Part shown: positions 38,450 through 50,406 of the stretch, piece by piece
Numbering within the stretch: the stretch's first letter is position 1
Layout: each line of letters starts with the position of its first letter
Assembly (NCBI RefSeq): GCF_963921235.1
Contig: NC_086097.1
Coordinates: forward strand, 13,144,001 to 13,208,000
Direction: 5' to 3'
DNA length: 64,000 bases
From: Mobula hypostoma
Lineage: Eukaryota
The notes under the pieces: generated by a model
Told to the model about the DNA's origin: nothing
Database searches by the model: none
What the model saw: the letters and a program-made list of their open reading frames with translations, nothing else
Position numbers and translations under genes: made by a program

Positions 38450-40718
38450 GTGCATAAAGATAGATCTGGCCCTCAGGCTGAGGTTCTAAACTGGAAAACG
38501 GTCAAATTTGAAGAAATGAGAAAGGATCTAAAAAGCATGGATTGGGACAGGTTGTTCTCTGGCAAGGATGTGATTGGTAAGTGGGACGCCTTTAAAGGAG
38601 AAATTTTGATAGTGCAGAGTTTGTATGCTCCTGTCAGAATTAAAGGCGAAGTGAGTAAGAATAAGGAACCTTGGTTCTCAAGGGATATTGGAACTCTGAT
38701 AAAGAAGAAGAGAGAGATGTATGCCATGTATAGGAAACAGGGAGCAAATAAGGTGCTTGAGGAGTATAAAAAGTGCAAAAAAATGCTTAAGAAAGAAATC
38801 AGGAGGGCTAAAAGAAGACATGAGGTTGCTTTGGCAGTCAATGTGAAGGATAATCCAAAGACCTTCTACAGGTATATTAAGAGCAGAATGATAGTAAGGG
38901 AGAAAATTGGTCCTCTTGAAGATCAGAGTGGTCGGTTATGTATGGAACCAAAGGAAATGGGCGAGATCTTAAATGGTTTTTTTGTGTCTGTATTTACTAA
39001 GGGAACTGGCATAGAGTCAATGGAAATAAGGCAAACAAGTAGTGAGGTCATGGAACCTATACGGATTGAAGAGGAGGAGGTGCTTGCTATCTTGAGGCAA
39101 ATCAGAGCAGATAAATCCCCAGGTCCTGACAGGGTATTCCCTCAGACCTTGAAGGAGACTAGTGTTGAAATTGCAGGGGCCCTGGCAGATATATTTAAAA
39201 TGTCCGTATCTATGGATGAGGTGCCAGAGGATTGGAGGATAGTACATGTTGTTCTGTTGTTTAAAAAAGACTGTAAAAGTAATCTGGGAAATTATATGCC
39301 GGTAAATTTGATGTTGGTAGTAGCTAAATTATTGGAAGGAGTACTAAGAGATAGGATCTACAAGTATTTGGATAGGCAGGGACTTATTAGGGAGAGTCAA
39401 CATGGTTTTGTGCATGGTAAGTCATGTTTAACAAATCTATTAGAGTTTTTTGAGGAGGTTACCAGGAAAGTGGAAGAAGGGAAGGCAGTGGATGTTGTCT
39501 ACATGGACTTCAGTAAGGCATTTGACAAGGGCCCACATGGGAGGTTAGCTAGGAAGATTCAGTCACTAGGTATACATGGAGAGGTGGTAAATTGGATTAG
39601 TCATTGGCTCGATGGAAGAAGCCAGAGAGTGGTAGTGGAGGATTGCTTCTCAGAGTGGAGGCCTGTGACTAGTGGTGTGCCACAGGGATCAGTGCTGGGT
39701 CCATTGTTATTTGCAATCTATATCAATGATCTGGATGATAATGTGGTAAATTGGATCAGCAAATTTGCTGATGATACAAAGTTTGAAGGTGTAGTGGACT
39801 GTGAGGAAGGTTTTCAAAGCTTGCAGAGGGATTTGGACCAGCTGCAAAAATGGGCTGAAAAATGGCAGATGGAGATTAATACAGACAAGTGTGAGGTATT
39901 GCACTTTGGAAGGACAAACCAAGGAAGAACAACCAAGGTAAATGGTAGGGCACTGAGGAGTGCAGTAGAACAGAGGGATCTGGGAATACAGATACAAAAT
40001 TCCCTAAAAGTGGCGTCACAGGTAGATAGGGTCATAAAGAGAGCTTTTGGTACATTGGCCTTTATAAATGAAAGTATTGAGTATAAGAGTTGGAATGTTA
40101 TGGTGAGGTTGTATAAGGCATTGGTGAGGCCGAATTTGGAGTATTGTGTACAGTATTGGTCACCAATTTACACTAAGGATAGTAATAAGGTTGAAAGAGT
40201 GCAGAGAAGGTTTACAAGGATGTTGCCGGGACTTGAGAAACTCAGTTACAGAGAAAGGTTGAATAGGTTAGGACTTTATTTCCTGGAGCGTAGAAGAATG
40301 AGGGGAGCTTCGATGGAGGTATATAAAATTATGATGGGTATAGATAGAATGAATGCAAGCAGACTTTTTCCACTGAGGCTAGGGGAGAAAAAAACCAGAG
40401 GACCTTGGTTAAGGGTGAAGGGGGAAAAGTTTAAAGGGAACATGGGGGGGGGCTTCTTCCCACAGAGAGTGGTGGGAGTGTGGAATGAGCTGCCAGAAAG
40501 TGGTAAATGCGGGCTCACTTTTAACATTTAAGAAAACCTTGGGGGCTCACTTTTAACGTTTAAGAAAACCTTGGACAGGTACATGGATGAGAGGTGTACG
40601 GAGGGATATGGCCCAGGTGCAGGTTAGTGGGACTAGGCAGAAAAATGGTTCGGCACAGCCAAGAAGGGCCAAAAGGCCTGTTTCTGTGTGGTAATGTTCT
40701 ATAGTTCAATGGTTCTAA
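38450..40718 (+). mobile_element. 5'-truncated CR1 LINE of a second subfamily with a 693-codon open RT frame (38450-40531)
   Basis: [36 protein letters not shown] and LYKALVRP. Distinct 3' UTR and ATGGTTCT-type tail. A 32-bp tandem duplication lies at 40511-40574. Confidence 0.93.
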
Positions 40719-41036
40719 ACATGAAGTTAGAATATTTACCCAGACAGTGGTGAATTTGTGGAATCCTTGGCCACAGACGACTGTGAAGTCCAAGCCACTG
40801 GAAATATTTAAGGCAGAGGTTGATAGATTCTTGATTAGTCAGGGCATGAAGGGATACAGGGAGAAGGCAGGACAATGGGGCTAAGAGAGAAAATGGATGA
40901 CCCATGATGAAAGGGCAGAAGCAGGCAATTGCCTAATTCTGCTCCTATATCTTATGAACATCAACTCATACTTCAGTCTCCAAAATCTTCATTTGAATTA
41001 ATTTAATGTTTCGAAGTTACAAATCATAACAGTGAC

Positions 41037-41205
41037 CAATTACCTAGTAACCCGTATGTCTTTGGAATATGGGAGAAAATCAGACCACCTAGAGGAAACA
41101 CATGTAGTCACAGGGAGAATGTACAAACTTCTTACAGAGAGCGGCAAAAATGAACCTGGATCACTGGTGCTGCAATAGTATTACACTAACCACTACACCA
41201 CCTGT
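41037..41205 (-). mobile_element. V-SINE head and body; the rest of this copy is at about 33090-33113 and 34679-34723
   Basis: gtctttggaatatgggag...ggaaacacatgtagtcacagggagaatgtacaaac...gaacctgg. Joining the pieces reproduces the SINE at 7312-7535. Confidence 0.75.
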
Positions 41206-42227
41206 GCCAACCCTGATATTGACAGGATCTCTGAATTAGTTGCTCACAAGTGTGGATGATGACCAAATGATGGCTTGCTTGCTGGGCCACCAGTAAGGTC
41301 CACATTTCTTTCTGTGGTACCAGTTGAATTGAGAAGACACAGAAACAAGAATGATAAAATAATTCAGTGAGTCAAGGAATATCTGTGGAGTTATAATTTG
41401 ATCCTGCATCAATTTGTCTGAGGGGGAAGAGGAAAGATTGTCAGTAGTTAGTTAGTTAGTTAGTTATTGAGATACAGCTTGGAATAGCCCGTCTGACCTT
41501 TTGATCCATGCTGCCCATCAATCCCCGGATTTAATCCTAACCTAATCCTAGTTCCTAATAGTCTGCGGTGGGAATTGAACCTGGGTCGCTGGTACTGTAA
41601 AGCGCTGTGCTAACCAGTACAGTACCATGCTGCCCTACATATTGCACAGTATGTGGCAGGGCAAGGAAAATGAGGTTGATAGAAGGTGATAGGTGGAACC
41701 ATTCGAAGAGGGAATGATTGGCAGAAGATGGAGTCCGATCTTAAAGGAAGAAAGAAGTTCATGTGGAGGGGTGCCTTGCCTTATTGTTCCTATATTGGCC
41801 ATTGTTGATTATCTGACAGTGAAGGCACACCGCGCCCCCCCCACCCCAGCACACCCAGGAGGCTTGTCAAGGCTTCTCCTTCAATATCACGCAGTTGGTG
41901 AATTCACGCTGACGTGTGCAAGGTTCCAGGGTAACTGCTGTAAACAGTTACTTACCCTGGTCTACTCACTCCTTGAAATGAACTTGTTCTTTCAGCAAGT
42001 AATCAATTGTGCTACCAAAAGAAGCTTCCGCAATGCTCAATATGCATATAAAGTCTAGATCGTCTGGAAGCAGCCTTCAATATAATCCAGACAAGGTTGG
42101 TGATTTCGGCTGCATTTGGTGAATTACTCTGCCACAGCAAGGCTTGGACATGCAGGAGATTATAAAGCATACCCTCGTTAGCCTCGAGCATACAGAGGAT
42201 AAAGCCACTCTGAAAAAGAAGAGAGGG

Positions 42228-44010
42228 ATCAGAGTCAGATTTAATTTCATTGGCATATGTCATGAAATTTGTTAACTTTACAGCATCTGTACGATGCAAT
42301 ACATAATTGTAATACATAATGGAGAGGACGCCATCTCCACGGCACTTCACTCTGCCCTGACCCACCTGGACAGCCCCAACTCTTACGTCAGAATGCTGTT
42401 CATTGTCTTTAGTTTGGCATTCAATACTGTGATCCCCTCCAAGCTGATCACCAAACTTCGCCAGCTTGGTATCAACGTATCCCTCTGCAATTGGACCATG
42501 GACTTTCTGACTAACAGACCCCAATCAGTTAAGTTAGACAACCTCTCCTCCTCCACTCTTATCCTGAACCTCAAGGCTGTGTGCTGAGCCCTCTTCTGTA
42601 CTCTCTTTTCACCTATGACTGCATTCCTGTACATGGTTCTAACTCCATAATCAAGTTCGCAGACGACACCACGGTGGTTGGTCTGATCAGAGGGGATGAC
42701 GAGATGGCCCCCGGGGACAAGGTTCAGCACCTGGCTGTTTGGTGTGCCGACAGCAATCTGGCCCTTCACGCCCAGAAGACCAAGGAGATCATTGTGGACT
42801 TCAGGTACGCCAGGAGTCACACTCACGTCCCCATCTACATCAACGGAACTGTAGTGGAGTGTGTATCAAGCTTCAAATTCCTTAGTGTCCACATTTCCGA
42901 GGATCTCCCCTGGTCTCTGAACTCCTCCATGCTGATCAAAAAGGCACAACAGCGCCTTTATTTCCTGTGGAGCATGAAGAAAGCTCACCTCTGTCCCAGG
43001 AGACTGACGGACTTTTACCGCTGTACCATTGAGAGCATACTCACCAACTGCATCTCAGTGTGGTATGGCAATTGTCCCATATCGGACCACAAAGCACTCC
43101 AGCGTGTGGTGAAAACTGCCCAGCGGATTAACGGCACCCAATTGCCCACCACTGAGAACATCTACCATACACGCTGCCTGGGCAGGGCAAAAAGCATTAT
43201 CAGGGTTGCATCTCACCCTAACCATGGACTTTTTACTCTCCTCCCATCCGGTAAGCGCTACAGGAAGCTGTGCTCCCACACCAGCAGGCACAGGAAGAGC
43301 TTCTTCCCTGAGACTGTGACACTGCTGAACCTCACATCACAGCGCTAAGCAGTATTGCATCCATATTGTACTGTCTCAGTACTTTTATATTTGTGTGCTG
43401 TAGCACTTTTTTATATGCGGTTATTTTGTAAATAACACTATTCTTTGCATTTCTGGTCAGATGCTAAATGCATTTCATTGGCTTTGTATCTGTACTCGGC
43501 ACAATGACAATAAAGTTGAATCTAATATAATCTAATCTAATAATAGAGAGAAAACAAACTGAATTACAGTAAGTGTGTATATATATTTTAAATAGTTAAA
43601 ATAAATTAGTGCAAAAAAGTAGAAATTAAAAAGTGGAGAGGTAATGTTCATGGATTCAATGTCCATTTAGAAATTAGAGGGGAAAAAGCTGTTACTGGAT
43701 CATTAAGTATGTGTCTTCAGGTTTCTGTACCTCCTTCTTGACGGTATCAATGAGAAGAAACTATGTCTTAGGTGTTGGGGGTCCTTAATGATGGACGCTA
43801 CCTTCTTGAGGCACTGCACCTTGAAGAGATCCCAGATACTATGGAGGCTAGTGCGCATGATGGAGCTGATAAAGTTTACAACTCTCTGCAGCTTACTTTG
43901 ATCCTGTGCAGTAGCCACCCCCACCCCATATCAGACAGTGATCTAGCCAGTTAGAACGCTCTACACAGTACATCTATAGAAATCTGCCAAAGTTTTTGGT
44001 GACCTAACAA
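42228..44010 (-). mobile_element. Rex1/Babar-like 3' fragment hosting an opposite-strand LINE insertion
   Basis: Tail complement gatcagagtcagatttaat at about 42228. Resumes after 43541 with minus 'KLQRVVN...CLKKVASIIKDPQHLRHSFFSLIPSRRRYR'. Confidence 0.7.
42323..43541 (+). mobile_element. 5'-truncated Rex1/Babar LINE (RT core to tail)
   Basis: [16 protein letters not shown]...YVRMLF..FSLAFNT, a small deletion before [11 protein letters not shown], then IIKFADDTTVVGLI, KKAQQRLYFL and YRCTIESILT. Ends aataaagttgaatct(aatct)n. Confidence 0.92.
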
Positions 44011-45129
44011 ATACTGTGCTTGCTCTCCCGTTCACTTTATTGCATTGTTGTTTTTGGGAGCTTCCCTTCCACTTACTTAAGTCTTGCTGTACTCACTAGG
44101 GTTGGCTCATATCAGAGTATATTTATAAGAAGGTTTTTAAATAATTGAGTGCATCAGTATTTCAGTGCTAATCAGCTCTGTGTCATCTCCGTTAGGAAAC
44201 AGGAAATATAACTTCATTCTAACGGTGTACTTATGCCAAAGAGTTCTAAGGCTACAATTCCACAGTGAGAAAAACATACACAGTGAGATACACCAGCTCT
44301 GACATCCACACTTATTATTGCAATGTATTCTTTGAATCTGATCTGTATGCAAGTTTGAAAATGAGATGATAAAATTGCAGTGTTGTACAGCTTCCCATGT
44401 AGAAATGATAACTAAAAATACTCTTCTAACTAGCCGGCATAGGGACAGCACCATTAGGTTCTTTAATAAAATTAGGATTAAAGTTTTATAATGAACTTGA
44501 ATCTTTCTGTCCCTCTGTCTCACTTGCTTTAGTTCCTGTGGGAGGAGATTAGAGTTCTGGTACTCAAATGATGATATGAAATTCTAACGAACAATAATTT
44601 GACAATTTACAAATTGCGCCATCATTTCAATTCTCAAATATGGCATTTTCCTTTTATTTTGCAATAAACGCATTGGGTCCAAAAATCAAATTAAAGCTGA
44701 CACTAATCGAGACCCAAATAAATGGCACATTCTTTGAGAGGGGATATTTTCTGAGGTAACAGTTAATCCCCAGTACTGCATCACTTTGCTTAATGTCAAT
44801 GATTTAATAATTGGGATCATTTCAAATTTACTAGGTTGTCCCAACTGGCAAAAAGCTTTACTTGGAATCTATTACATACCACACAGATTTAATTTTATTA
44901 TGATTTGTAGTTGCATCCTAATCTGTGATAGCACAAAATGGCATTTCATACTCAGCTCCTCTCAGGTAATTAAAGAGAAAACATTCTTCTGGCAAGCAAT
45001 TCTTTGAATACAACACATGTATATATTTGAATGCTTTACTTCTAAGCATTTTCTCTGTATAAACAATTCTTTTTGGAAACATTGATGCTTACAATGACCA
45101 AAGGGATGCAAAAATTAATATATTTATTT

Positions 45130-45400
45130 TATTGAGATACAGCATGGAATAGGACCTCCCTGTATTTTGAGCCATGCCATCCAGCAATCGCCTGATTTAA
45201 TCCTAACTTAATCATAGGAAAATTTACAGTGACCAATTAACCTACCAACTGGTCTGTCTTTGGAATGTGGGAGGAAACCGGAGCACTGGGAGGAAACCCA
45301 CGCAGTCACGGGGAGAACGTACAGACTCCTTACAGGCAGCAATGGGAATTGAACCTGGGTCACCCGTAATATAAAGTGTTGTGCTAGCCACTATGCTACT
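45130..45400 (-). mobile_element. Full-length V-SINE (HE1-like)
   Basis: V-domain complement gtgggaggaaaccggagcactgggaggaaacccacgcagtcacggggagaacgtacagactcc, B box complement gggaattgaacc, and a CR1-like tail. Confidence 0.85.
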
Positions 45401-45579
45401 GGCAGCAAACAGAAGCTGTCTCTGTAGTGGTGAATGGAAAGCACGTGCAGTAATAGAAGAGAAACGCAAGAGCTTCTTGAAATCTGAAAATGGTGAGTTA
45501 TGGTTCAGATGGAGCAATGTCATTGACGTCACAAACACTGTGTATTCAAAATTAAGGAAATGTCCTTACAATAAAGGAT

Positions 45580-46045
45580 GCGATGACATCAGAGAGGGTG
45601 CAGTTGAGATTTACAAATATGTTACCAGGGCCAGAGAATTAATGTTGTTAGGAGAGATGGTTTAGGTTAGGGTTGTTTTCTTCAGCGCATAGGAGATTGA
45701 GAGGAGATTTCACTGAAGTGTGTGAAATAATCGGACGCTTAGGAAGAGTTGACAGAAAGCACCTATTTCTATTAACAGCAAGTACAATAAACAATGAGGG
45801 TCATAGATTAATTAGTGCATAGATCAGAGGGGAACTGAGAGAACAAAAAACTATTTCACTCAATAAGTAGTGAAGATCAGGACTTCACCGTCTGAAAGAT
45901 TGGTGGAGGCAGAGACCCTCACCATGCTGCAAAGTACCCGGATGAAACTATGAACCTGCAGGACTATGGACCTAGAGCTGAGAAGTGGGATTAATCAAGA
46001 TTGCCCATGTTTGGATGAGTCAAATGGCTTCCTTCTGTGCCATAA
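45580..46045 (+). mobile_element. Old CR1 3' fragment
   Basis: Decayed 'ERVQLRFTNMLPG...RLGLFS..RRLRGD..EV.EI' and a CR1-type UTR. Confidence 0.65.
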
Positions 46046-47769
46046 AATCAAATGGCTTTTCTGATCAGGCAGCATCTATGGAAAAGTATAAACAGTCAAT
46101 GTTTCAGGTACTCGTTTCCATAGATGCTGCCTGACCTGCTGAGTTCCTCCAGTATTTTGTGTGGCTTGCTTTGGATTTCCAGCATCTACAGACTTTCTCA
46201 TTTAAATGACTTTTCTGCCTTTAAATAACAATCTCTAAACAACATTTTCAAAATCTTCAAATTGCGATGGTTCAAAGAGGCAGCAGCTATCAATAAGGAC
46301 CCTCACCATCCAGGGCGTGTCCTCTTCTCATTACTGTCACCAGGCAGGAGATAGGGGAATCTGAAGAACCATATTCAACCACAGCTTCTATCCCTCCATC
46401 TTCAGATTTCTGAATAGTTCATGAACCCATGAACACCACCTAATTATTCATGTTTTTTTACTATCAATCTATCTACGTATCTGTATATCTATTTATCTAT
46501 CTGTCTATCTGTCTAGCTATCTACCTATCTACCTATTTACGTGTCTATCTGTATATCTGTCTATCTATCTATCTATTTCTGCTTGCTTGCTTGCTTGATT
46601 GTTTATTTATTTACTAGTTTGCCTGTTTGTTTGTAACCTACAGTAATTTTTAGGTCTTGCACGACACTGCTGCCACACAATACGTCAGCGAAAATAAAAG
46701 TGATTCTGATTCTGAACAAAGGCCTTTCTACCCAGCAGGCCCATGATATCGAGAGTGCACATGGAGCTGTTAAAGGCTTGAATTCTTTCTCACTTCTGTT
46801 AAACTTTTTCCTTTAGTGTACAATAACTTCCTTTCTCTCTCTCCTTTAGACAATCAGTTCTATAAAATGTGTCACTCCATCTTTCTTCTGAGCAAACATC
46901 ACTTCCTGTCTTGTCAGTTACTTACTTTTGTTCAGAGAGAGAAAGAGAAATATATGGCCATTTCAAACAAGTTTCAAAAGGCAAACGTGCTTGACACTGA
47001 ATTTTTGAAACAGAGTCGATTTTGGGCTTCCATGAAAAGATATGAGGGCGTGCTCAGAGCCTTCTTGAATATAGTGTAATATTAGGACTATTTGGATCTC
47101 TGAGCTATGCCCATTCAGACTGGAGAAGGACACTTGGGCTGTTATTGATAGCACGGAGTGTGTGAATCCATAGCTCTCAGGGCCCTGCGTAAATGGCAGA
47201 AGGAGCCCAGCACCTAACAGATGACCCGCCTTTCCAACCTGTCAATCATCTGCTGCTCCACCTCCGGACGAGTCTGTGATTCCAAAACTGTTCTTAGTTA
47301 CCTCAGAGAGTGGAAGCTAGAGCCCCTGAAATCAGAGGACAACCTAGAAAAAGAAAGGGCAAGGGTAATGCGACTCAATAACCAACAAACTCAAAAATTA
47401 GCAAACAATAAGGAATTATTTGTTTCCTTCTCAGTTTGTTCAAACAAGAGAAAATCTACAGATTCTGGAAATCCTCCAGCATTTTGTGTGTGTTTCTAGA
47501 ATATCTCACATGAATTTTTGTTTCTTCACTTATACTATAATCAGGAAGGTGATACAGGAGCCATAGATTCTACACCATCGGATTCAGGAACAGATTCAAC
47601 CATCAGGCTCCGGAATCAGCATGAATAACTTCACTCACCTCAACACTGAAATGGTTTCACAAACTATTGAGTCACTTTCAGGGACTCTACAACTCATGTT
47701 CTTAAAATTAACTATTTACATTATTATTATTATTATTATTACTATTATTATTGCTATTGTATTGCTATA

Positions 47770-48541
47770 TAAGACCAGAAAAATGATTGTGGACTTCAGA
47801 AAGGATAAGGCGAGAGATGACACACCAGTCCTCATAGAGGGATCAGAAGTGGAAAGAGTAAGCAATTTCAAATTCCAGGATGTCAATCTCTCTGAAGGTC
47901 TAACCTGGACCCAATACATTGATGCAGCTATGAAGAAGGCATGACAGCAGGTATATTTCATAAGGAGTTTGAGGAGATTTGGTATGTCACCTAAGACACT
48001 CACAAATTTCTACAGATGTATTGTGGAGAGCATTCTAATTGGCTGCATCACTATCTGGTATGGGGGGTTTGGGGGGGCTACTGCACAGATCGAAATAGGC
48101 TTCAGAGAGTTGCAAACTGTGTCAGCTCCATCATGGGCACTTAGTCTCCATTGAATCCTAAACAAATGCAAGGAGGACGCCTCAAAAAGGTGGCATCCAT
48201 CGTTAAGGACACCCATTATCCAGGACATGGCCCCTTCTCATTGCTACCATCAGGAAGGAGGTATAGAGGTCTGAAGGTACATGTTCAATGATTCAGAAAC
48301 AGCTTCTTCCCCTCTGCTACCTGATTTCTGAATGGGCATTGAACCCATGAACACTACCACACTACTTCTTTAAAGTTCTAGTTTTTGAACTATGAATTTA
48401 ATTTAACTAATTAATAAATATATACTTACTGTAATTTACAGTTTTTGTCTCAATTATTATGTCTTGCATTGTACTGCTGCTTCAAAGTTAACAAATTTCA
48501 TCACATATGCCAATGATATTAAACCTGAGTCTGATTCTGAT
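47770..48541 (+). mobile_element. Rex1/Babar-like LINE, RT C-terminus to tail
   Basis: KTRKMIVDFRK...VERVSNFKF, FYRCIVESILIGCITIWYG, tail cctgagtctgattctgat. Confidence 0.85.
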
Positions 48542-48549
48542 TTTTTTAC

Positions 48550-49255
48550 TCTCGCTCAGCTCAAGCTGGTAAAACCAGAGGCACAGCATAGCCAAGCACA
48601 CTTATGTCTCAATTGCTAGGAACTTTTGGACTATTCTAGTGCTGTTTAGTATGATGGCTTCTGAAGATTTACGTAAGTATTGCTGTGTAGGCCTAGTTGC
48701 TTAATGCTATTATGTAGTGACTTTGTGATTGTACCAATTATAGATATTACTACCGGGACAATGTCTACCCTGTTCATGTTCCATTGTCTTTCAATTTCTT
48801 CTTTTAATTCAGCATATTTCTGGTGTTTTTCACTTATTGATGTCTGGATGCTACGTGTGTTTGGAATGCCTATTTTTATTAAGTAAGTTGTTCTTGCTTG
48901 CTTATCCTGTAATATTATATCTGCACAGTTATTATGGATTTCCCTATCTGTAATAATGGATCAGTTGTAATACAATTTGTTGGACTCTGACTTTAAAACT
49001 GGATCTCACTTGTACTTATAGTGAGCTATGGTGTCTTTTATGAGTTTGTATTTTAAAGTGAGATTTAGGTGAATGAAAATTGCCACTCGATTGAGCTTGT
49101 GTATGTAATCAGATTGTGTTAAACTGCTGCAGGATCCTATAATGTGTTGGATTGTTTCTGATTCCTCTTGGCATTTTCTGCATTTATTGTCTTGAATTTG
49201 TTCGTCTTTTATTATGTATTTTTGATAATATTTTGTGTTAAGAACCAGGTCGGTA
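48550..49255 (-). mobile_element. R4/Dong-like retrotransposon 3' fragment (CCHC knuckle and restriction-like endonuclease)
   Basis: Minus translation CRKCQEESETIQHIIGSC...DYIHKLNRVAIFIH...IITDREIHNNCADIILQDK...YLIKIGIPNT...EKHQKYAELKEEIERQW, with two in-frame stops. Confidence 0.82.
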
Positions 49256-50320
49256 TTGCCACAACGAACCCCTCTTCTTCTGGGAAGAGATCTCCAACTC
49301 TGTTATTGTTGTTAATATTACTAATATTATTACGATTGTTATTTGTTTATTTTTTTACTTCTACAGATTGTCTTCTTTTGCTGATTGGTTGTATGTCAGT
49401 CTTTTCTGGATGTAAATTTTCATTGATTCTATTGTATTTCTTTGCTCTACTGTGAATGCCTCTAAGAAAATGAATGTCAGGGTGGTATATGATGACCTGA
49501 TAATAAATTTACTTTGAACTTTGAATTTTATATCCCAGTTGTGGTTCAGTAGATCATGATTTTGTCTGTGAATCAAAAGTATGTGGAAGCAAATGCTGTT
49601 TCGGAAAGGGAAATATATGCTGAAATCTCAGAGCTAATGTGAGTGAGTACCGCACAGCCGGAGGTCATCTCCAAATGTTCAACTGACCCGCTCCACCTGG
49701 TGCACATAAGATCTCACATGGTACCAACTTAATAGAGTGATTCTGGCCAATATTGATACGCTAAGGGTGAGAGATAAATTTATGTTGTTGGAAAGTATGA
49801 CAGATATTCCTTCACAACACCCATCACAAAAAAGCAGGATTGGTGCTCACCCATTTCATTTCTGCTTCCCATTTGCACTCTGGCATGTCAGTCCATGGCC
49901 TCCTTTACTGCCTGATTAGGCTACACTCAGGTTGGAGGAGATACGCCTTATAATCCATCTGGGTAGCCTCCAACCTAATGGCATCAACATTGATTTCTTG
50001 AACTTCTGGTAATTGCCCGACCCGCGCCCCCCCCCACACCAAACCTTCAACATTCCCCATTCCTCATTGCATCTCTCACCTCACCTCCTTACCTGCTCAT
50101 CAATTCTCTCTAGTGCTCCTCCCCCTTACCTCTCCTCTATGGCCTTCTGCCCTTTCCTATTAGATTCCCCCTTTTTCAACCCTTAATCTCTTTCACCTTT
50201 TGACTTCCCGGCTCTTTACTTCACATCCACTCCCTCTCCTGGTTTCACCTATCAATTTCCAACTTGTACATCTTTCTCCCCTCTCCTGACCTTCTTGTTA
50301 TGACTTCTCCTTTTTCTTTC

Positions 50321-50358
50321 CAGTCCTGATGAAGGGCCTCAGCCCAAAACGTCGACTG
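50321..50358 (+). ncRNA. Minimal type I hammerhead ribozyme motif (PLE-associated), G12>A mutant
   Basis: Stem I CAGTC/GACTG, core CTGATGA, stem II GGGC-CTCA-GCCC, AAAAC in place of GAAAC, GTC cleavage triplet. Confidence 0.7.
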
Positions 50359-50406
50359 CTTATTCCCATCCATAGATCCTGCCTGGCCTGCTGAGTTCCT
50401 CCAGCA

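Larger units (their letters stand above)
34724..41031. mobile_element. Solo LTR (TG...CA, 5-bp TSD GTGAC) broken into three pieces by CR1 insertions
   Basis: GTGAC at 34719-34723 and 41032-41036. Termini TGTTGTG and CATAACA. LTR pieces at about 34724-34852, 38403-38440 and 40957-41031. Confidence 0.8.

Noticed and set aside
35647..39997. Minus-strand ORFs overlapping the CR1 ORF2s (for example 258 aa at 35647-36423)
   Set aside because: Antisense shadows of LINE coding sequence with no independent motifs.
42012..42524. 170-aa minus-strand ORF with an internal acceptor-like site
   Set aside because: A chimera of antisense Rex RT, a LINE tail and unique DNA, with no recognisable domain.
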